Source: the human T2T-CHM13v2.0 reference genome, Homo sapiens. Taken from it: 64,000 nt of DNA. The DNA is taken from assembly GCF_009914755.1 (NCBI RefSeq), contig NC_060932.1. One strand, written 5' to 3'. The number at the start of each line of letters is the position of its first letter. Position 1 is the stretch's first letter. The notes beneath the pieces were generated by a model that saw only the letters and a list, made by a program, of their open reading frames with translations, was not told the origin of the DNA and did no database searches. The position numbers were made by a program, and so were the translations under genes. Shown here piece by piece: positions 59,108 through 64,000 of the stretch.

Positions 59108-59392
59108 TATTTTTTAAATTTTGATTTTAAGTTCAAGGGTACAAGCGCAGGTTTGTTACCTAGGAAAACTTGTGTCATGGGGATTTGATGTACAGATTAT
59201 TTCATTGCCCAGGTATTAAGCCTAGTATCCATTAGTTATTTTTCCTGATCCTCTCTCTCCTCTTACCCTCCACCCTCTGACAGGCCCCAGTGTGTGTTGT
59301 TCCCCTCTATGCGTCCATGTCTTCTCATCATTTACCTCCCATTTATAAGTGAGAACATGCAGTATTTGGTTTTCTGTTCCTGTGTTGGTTTA
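59108..59392 (-). mobile_element. Old L1PA 3' end
   Basis: ttttaagttcaagggtac...gtacagattatttcattgcccaggtattaagcctagta...gagaacatgcagtatttgg. Confidence 0.92.
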
Positions 59393-59657
59393 CTATCATC
59401 CTCAATATTTTTTTTAAGTGATTAGAATTTAATTAACAAAAGCAAGGCAAGAAAATTGGAAATGGTGAAATGCAAAAGGCAAAACTGGCAGCGGTTTTCC
59501 ACAAGTCATTATCCTGGCCCCCTTTGACAGCACACACATATTTTAAAACCTTTGAGGGGCCAGAGCTATTAAGAGGGGCCAGAGCCATGTCCTCTGGGTT
59601 TATGGAGATAGAAGTGGGGAAGGGGAGCAGATTAGGGTTGTGATGAAATTCCACCAT

Positions 59658-59965
59658 GGCCAGGTGCTGTGTAATCCCACGCTCATGCCTGTAATCTCAA
59701 TGCTTTGGGAGGCTGAGGTGAGGAAGATCACTTGAGGCCAGGAGTTCAAGACCAGCCTGAGTAACACAGTGAGAGCCCCGTCTCTACAAAAAGTTATTTG
59801 TTAAAAAATTAGCTGGGTGTGGTGGCACACGCATGTAGTCCTAGCTACAGTGGAGGCTGAGTCAGGAGGATCACTTGAGCCTATAGGAGTCAGTGGCTGC
59901 AGTGAGCTATGATTGTGCCATTGCATTCCAGCCTGGGCAACAGAGCGAGATCCTGTCTCTAAAAA
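59658..59965 (+). mobile_element. AluJ element
   Basis: Dimer with J diagnostics; TSD atgaaat(t/a)cca. Confidence 0.92.
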
Positions 59966-60373
59966 TGAAAATACCAGACCTGGACCAGTATCTCTGCTTG
60001 TTCTTCTTCAAGGGCTACCCTAACCGAAGCCCCATAAGGAGGTAGGAGGTGAAGGTGAGTGGCGGGGGTTGGGGGAAATGTTTCTTCTTTCTGGTCACTA
60101 GGTCTAGGACTTAAACTTCTACATTGAAAAATATGCCAGCCTAGGTGAATCCTCATGGCATTCCCAACCCGGACTTCTCACTAGTGTTCCCCAGGGTTAG
60201 AGCAGCATGCCAGAAAGTAATGGAAGCCATAGGATAAAATTTGGTATATCTTCCAGTGCATCAGTTTTAGTCAATTGTGCGTAATTTAAAGCATTGTTTT
60301 TGTATTAAAACGAACACACATATATTATGAAATATAAGGCATATATGAATTTCTTAAAATAAAACACAGAACT

Positions 60374-60844
<471 letters not shown>

Positions 60845-62070
60845 CTATTTATAGAATTTTGTGGGTATAAAAACATGAGAGAACATCTTAACACCTGCTG
60901 TCATTTTACACACGAGAAAACAGAAGCCTGAGCAGTGGAGGCCTTGCTCACCTTGCCAATCCACGTAGATGTGCGTGATCCAGGCTTAGAGGATTTAAGT
61001 TTCTGAGAAAACAGTCGCAGAGGTAGAGGGACCACGAATACTCACACTGCACCTCGGACATGCAGAGAAATGTGTTTATTTTTCCTCTGCATTTGATTTG
61101 ATTTGGCCCCAGTGGCTAGGAAGTGAGAAAACAATAACTAAATCTCCGTCTTAGCTTTAATTCAGTGCAATGCACTTAACCAGTTCGTTAGGTTAGCCTC
61201 TCCCTTTTTGCTTCTCCTCCCTCAGTCCTGCCCCGAAGGGTGGCTTGTGTACTGAGCAGCCCCCTGACCTGGTGGAGGCAGGGTGACTGGGCCTCGGGAC
61301 TGGCCGGCTGTTCTCCAGACCAGCTGCACAGTGGCTGTTCCAAGGTCCGCCGGGGAATCACTGGCTTGAGTGGTTCCTGAGCATTCAGCTGGTGTCCGTT
61401 GCTAATATCCTGCAGCTGATAAACTTACAGTCTATTCTTTCTCAGCCAGTCAGGGCGTAGGGACTCTTCCCTGCTGAATCCACCTCCCCTTGGCTTTTGT
61501 TGGCCACTGACTCCCCCAGGTTTCTGCCCCATTCTCCACCTGGCTTCCCAGTCTCACACAGTCATTGCTCTAAGACCCCCTCACCCTCCCACAGCAGGCC
61601 CCTTGGGACTCACTGACTCCCAAGGGCAGCTCCGGGTGCACCCTGGACCCTCTCTCCATCTAACCACACTGCACCACTGACTGAACTATGCTTAATGGTG
61701 GTATTGGGCCCCAGCAAAGTGAATTGTTTTCAAGTCCCAGGTGAGAAGCAGGGAAAGAGACCCCAGACCTTGGTGGTCCCCAACTTTATCTAACTTATCT
61801 ATCCCTCTCAGACTGAAACATACAGAGGGGAGAAAGGAACACCATCTTCACTCTTCTTCCTATCCCCTTCCTCCCTCTTTCCTTCTCCTCCCCAAATCCA
61901 CTGGCTCAAAGAGGCAACCTTTCTCTGAATTTAACACTTTGGTCTTTTGGACAGGAGTTTAAACTATGGGGCAATCTTTATAATCTGATGGGACAAGCTG
62001 GCTCTCTAGGGACTAATGAAGAGCCAAAAGAATCTACAACAATACCCCTTTCTTCTTGGTTTTAAAGGCT

Positions 62071-62357
62071 GTTTTTTGTTTGAGATGCACTCTCACTCTG
62101 TCGCCCAGGCTGGAGTGCAGTGGCTTGATTTCGGCTCACTTGCCTCCTGGGTTCAAGTGATTCTCATGCCTCAGACTCCCAAGTAGCTGGGATTACAGGT
62201 GCCTGCCACCATACCCAGCTAATTTATTTTGTATTTTTAATAGAAACAGGGTTTCACCATGTTAGCCAGTCTGGTCTCGAACTCCTGACCTCAGGTGATC
62301 CGCCAGCCTCGGCCTCCCAAAGTGCTGGATTAAAGGCATGAGCCGCTGCGCCCAGCC
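62071..62357 (-). mobile_element. AluS element
   Basis: Antisense dimer. Confidence 0.93.
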
Positions 62358-62492
62358 AAGCTCATTGTTAAGGGCTCACCCTATCTGCCCTTCTCACTTG
62401 GCTTCTTAGGGGTGGGAAGCTATCAGGTGGTGGGAGATGCAAAGAAAGGAATTCAAAAGCATTAACTGAATGTTTATAAAAGATATTCCTGC

Positions 62493-62900
<408 letters not shown>

Positions 62901-63439
62901 TCAAAATTGCCCAGTATTTTCGATAACAACTTTTTCTTGCCTCTCTCTGTGCAGCACCATGTCATCTTAACAGAAGACTGGGGTATTTGGTAACTTCTCC
63001 TTCCTCCTTAATGGAAGAACAGTCCTGGAAGTAAGTGACAGCTCTTGATCTCAGAAAGAAAGGGGATGGAGATGTCCCCCAGTATCACCCCATCATTTGA
63101 AATTTAGAGAAGGTTGTCCTATAAGTAGCTCGACAGACCTGACCCACCTCAAACAGTGCCCCAGTGGGTGGCAGGACCTCTGATGGAGCGGATGAGTGTC
63201 TGAGAACCTCAGAATGTAATAAATGGTCTAATAGGTTTGTTAGGACACTACAATGGCACAGAAGAGCAGCCCCTAGCCCCGCTGTATATCTCCATTTTTT
63301 TCAAAATAAGGAGAATAATATTTTGCAGGCAACAAAATCATGGGACAAAGTTGGCAAATGTTCTAAAAACAGAAATTGGATTAGTGAATCACATCACAGG
63401 ACTACTGTTCCAGGTTAGATACAAAGCACAATAATTTGG

Positions 63440-63761
63440 TTTTGATTTTTGTCATTGTTGTTTGTTGTTTTGAGACAGGGCCTCTCTCTGTCTCCCGGGC
63501 TGGAGTGCAGTGGAAATCATCACAGCTCACTACAACCTCAAACTCCTGAGCTCAAGAGGATTCTCCCACCTCAGCCTCCTGAGCAACTAGGACTACAAGC
63601 ATGCACAACTACACTCAGCTAATTTTTAAATTTTTAGTAGGGATGAAGTCTCACTGTGTTGCTCAGGCTAGTCTTGAACTCCTGGCCTCAAGTGACAGTC
63701 ATACTTTGGCCTCCCAAAGTGCGACTGGTGGGATTACAGGTGTGGGCCACCACCCCCGGCC
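63440..63761 (-). mobile_element. AluJ element
   Basis: Antisense dimer; TSD aaagca(c/g)aataatttg. Confidence 0.9.
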
Positions 63762-63785
63762 AAAGCAGAATAATTTGATAGGGAC

Positions 63786-64000
63786 TTTTTTTTTATATGC
63801 TTTAAGTTCTAGGGTACATGTGCACAACGTGCAGGTTTGTTACATATGTATACATGTGCAGTGTTGGTGTGCTGCACCCATTAACTCGTCATTTACATTA
63901 GGTATATCTCCTAATGCTATCCCTCCCCTCTCTCCCCACCCCATGACAGGCCCCAGTGTGTGATGTTCCCCTTCCTGTGTCCAAGTGTTCTCATTGTTCA
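63786..64000 (-). mobile_element. Younger L1PA (about PA4-5) 3' end, running off the window
   Basis: tttaagttctagggtacatgtgcacaacgtgcagg...ttaggtatatctcctaatgctatccctcccc. Confidence 0.93.

Overview
Primate (almost certainly human) non-coding, repeat-rich genomic DNA. Roughly half or more is interspersed repeat: about 35 Alu elements or monomers, a degenerate full-length old L1PA (~45.3-52.8 kb) carrying nested THE1 and Alu insertions, an older L1M block (~38.9-44.2 kb), a HAL1-like element, several truncated L1s, MaLR LTRs (MLT1, THE1), L2, MIR and DNA-transposon remnants. I recognise no protein-coding gene. The ORF track consists of Alu/L1-derived or chance ORFs. Non-TE signals are a processed U7 snRNA pseudogene (3484-3543, minus strand), a chain of plausible plus-strand splice signals ending at an ATTAAA poly(A) site (candidate lncRNA 3' end, 1-6.2 kb), a CpG-enriched repeat-free block near 31 kb, and GATA/ETS/RUNX/E-box motif clusters (candidate blood-lineage enhancers). 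I found no convincing novel biological system. The most unusual structures are a templated-insertion scar inside the L1 and closely spaced inverted Alu pairs. Repeat subfamily names come from remembered consensus sequences and boundaries are approximate. I could not identify the chromosomal locus.
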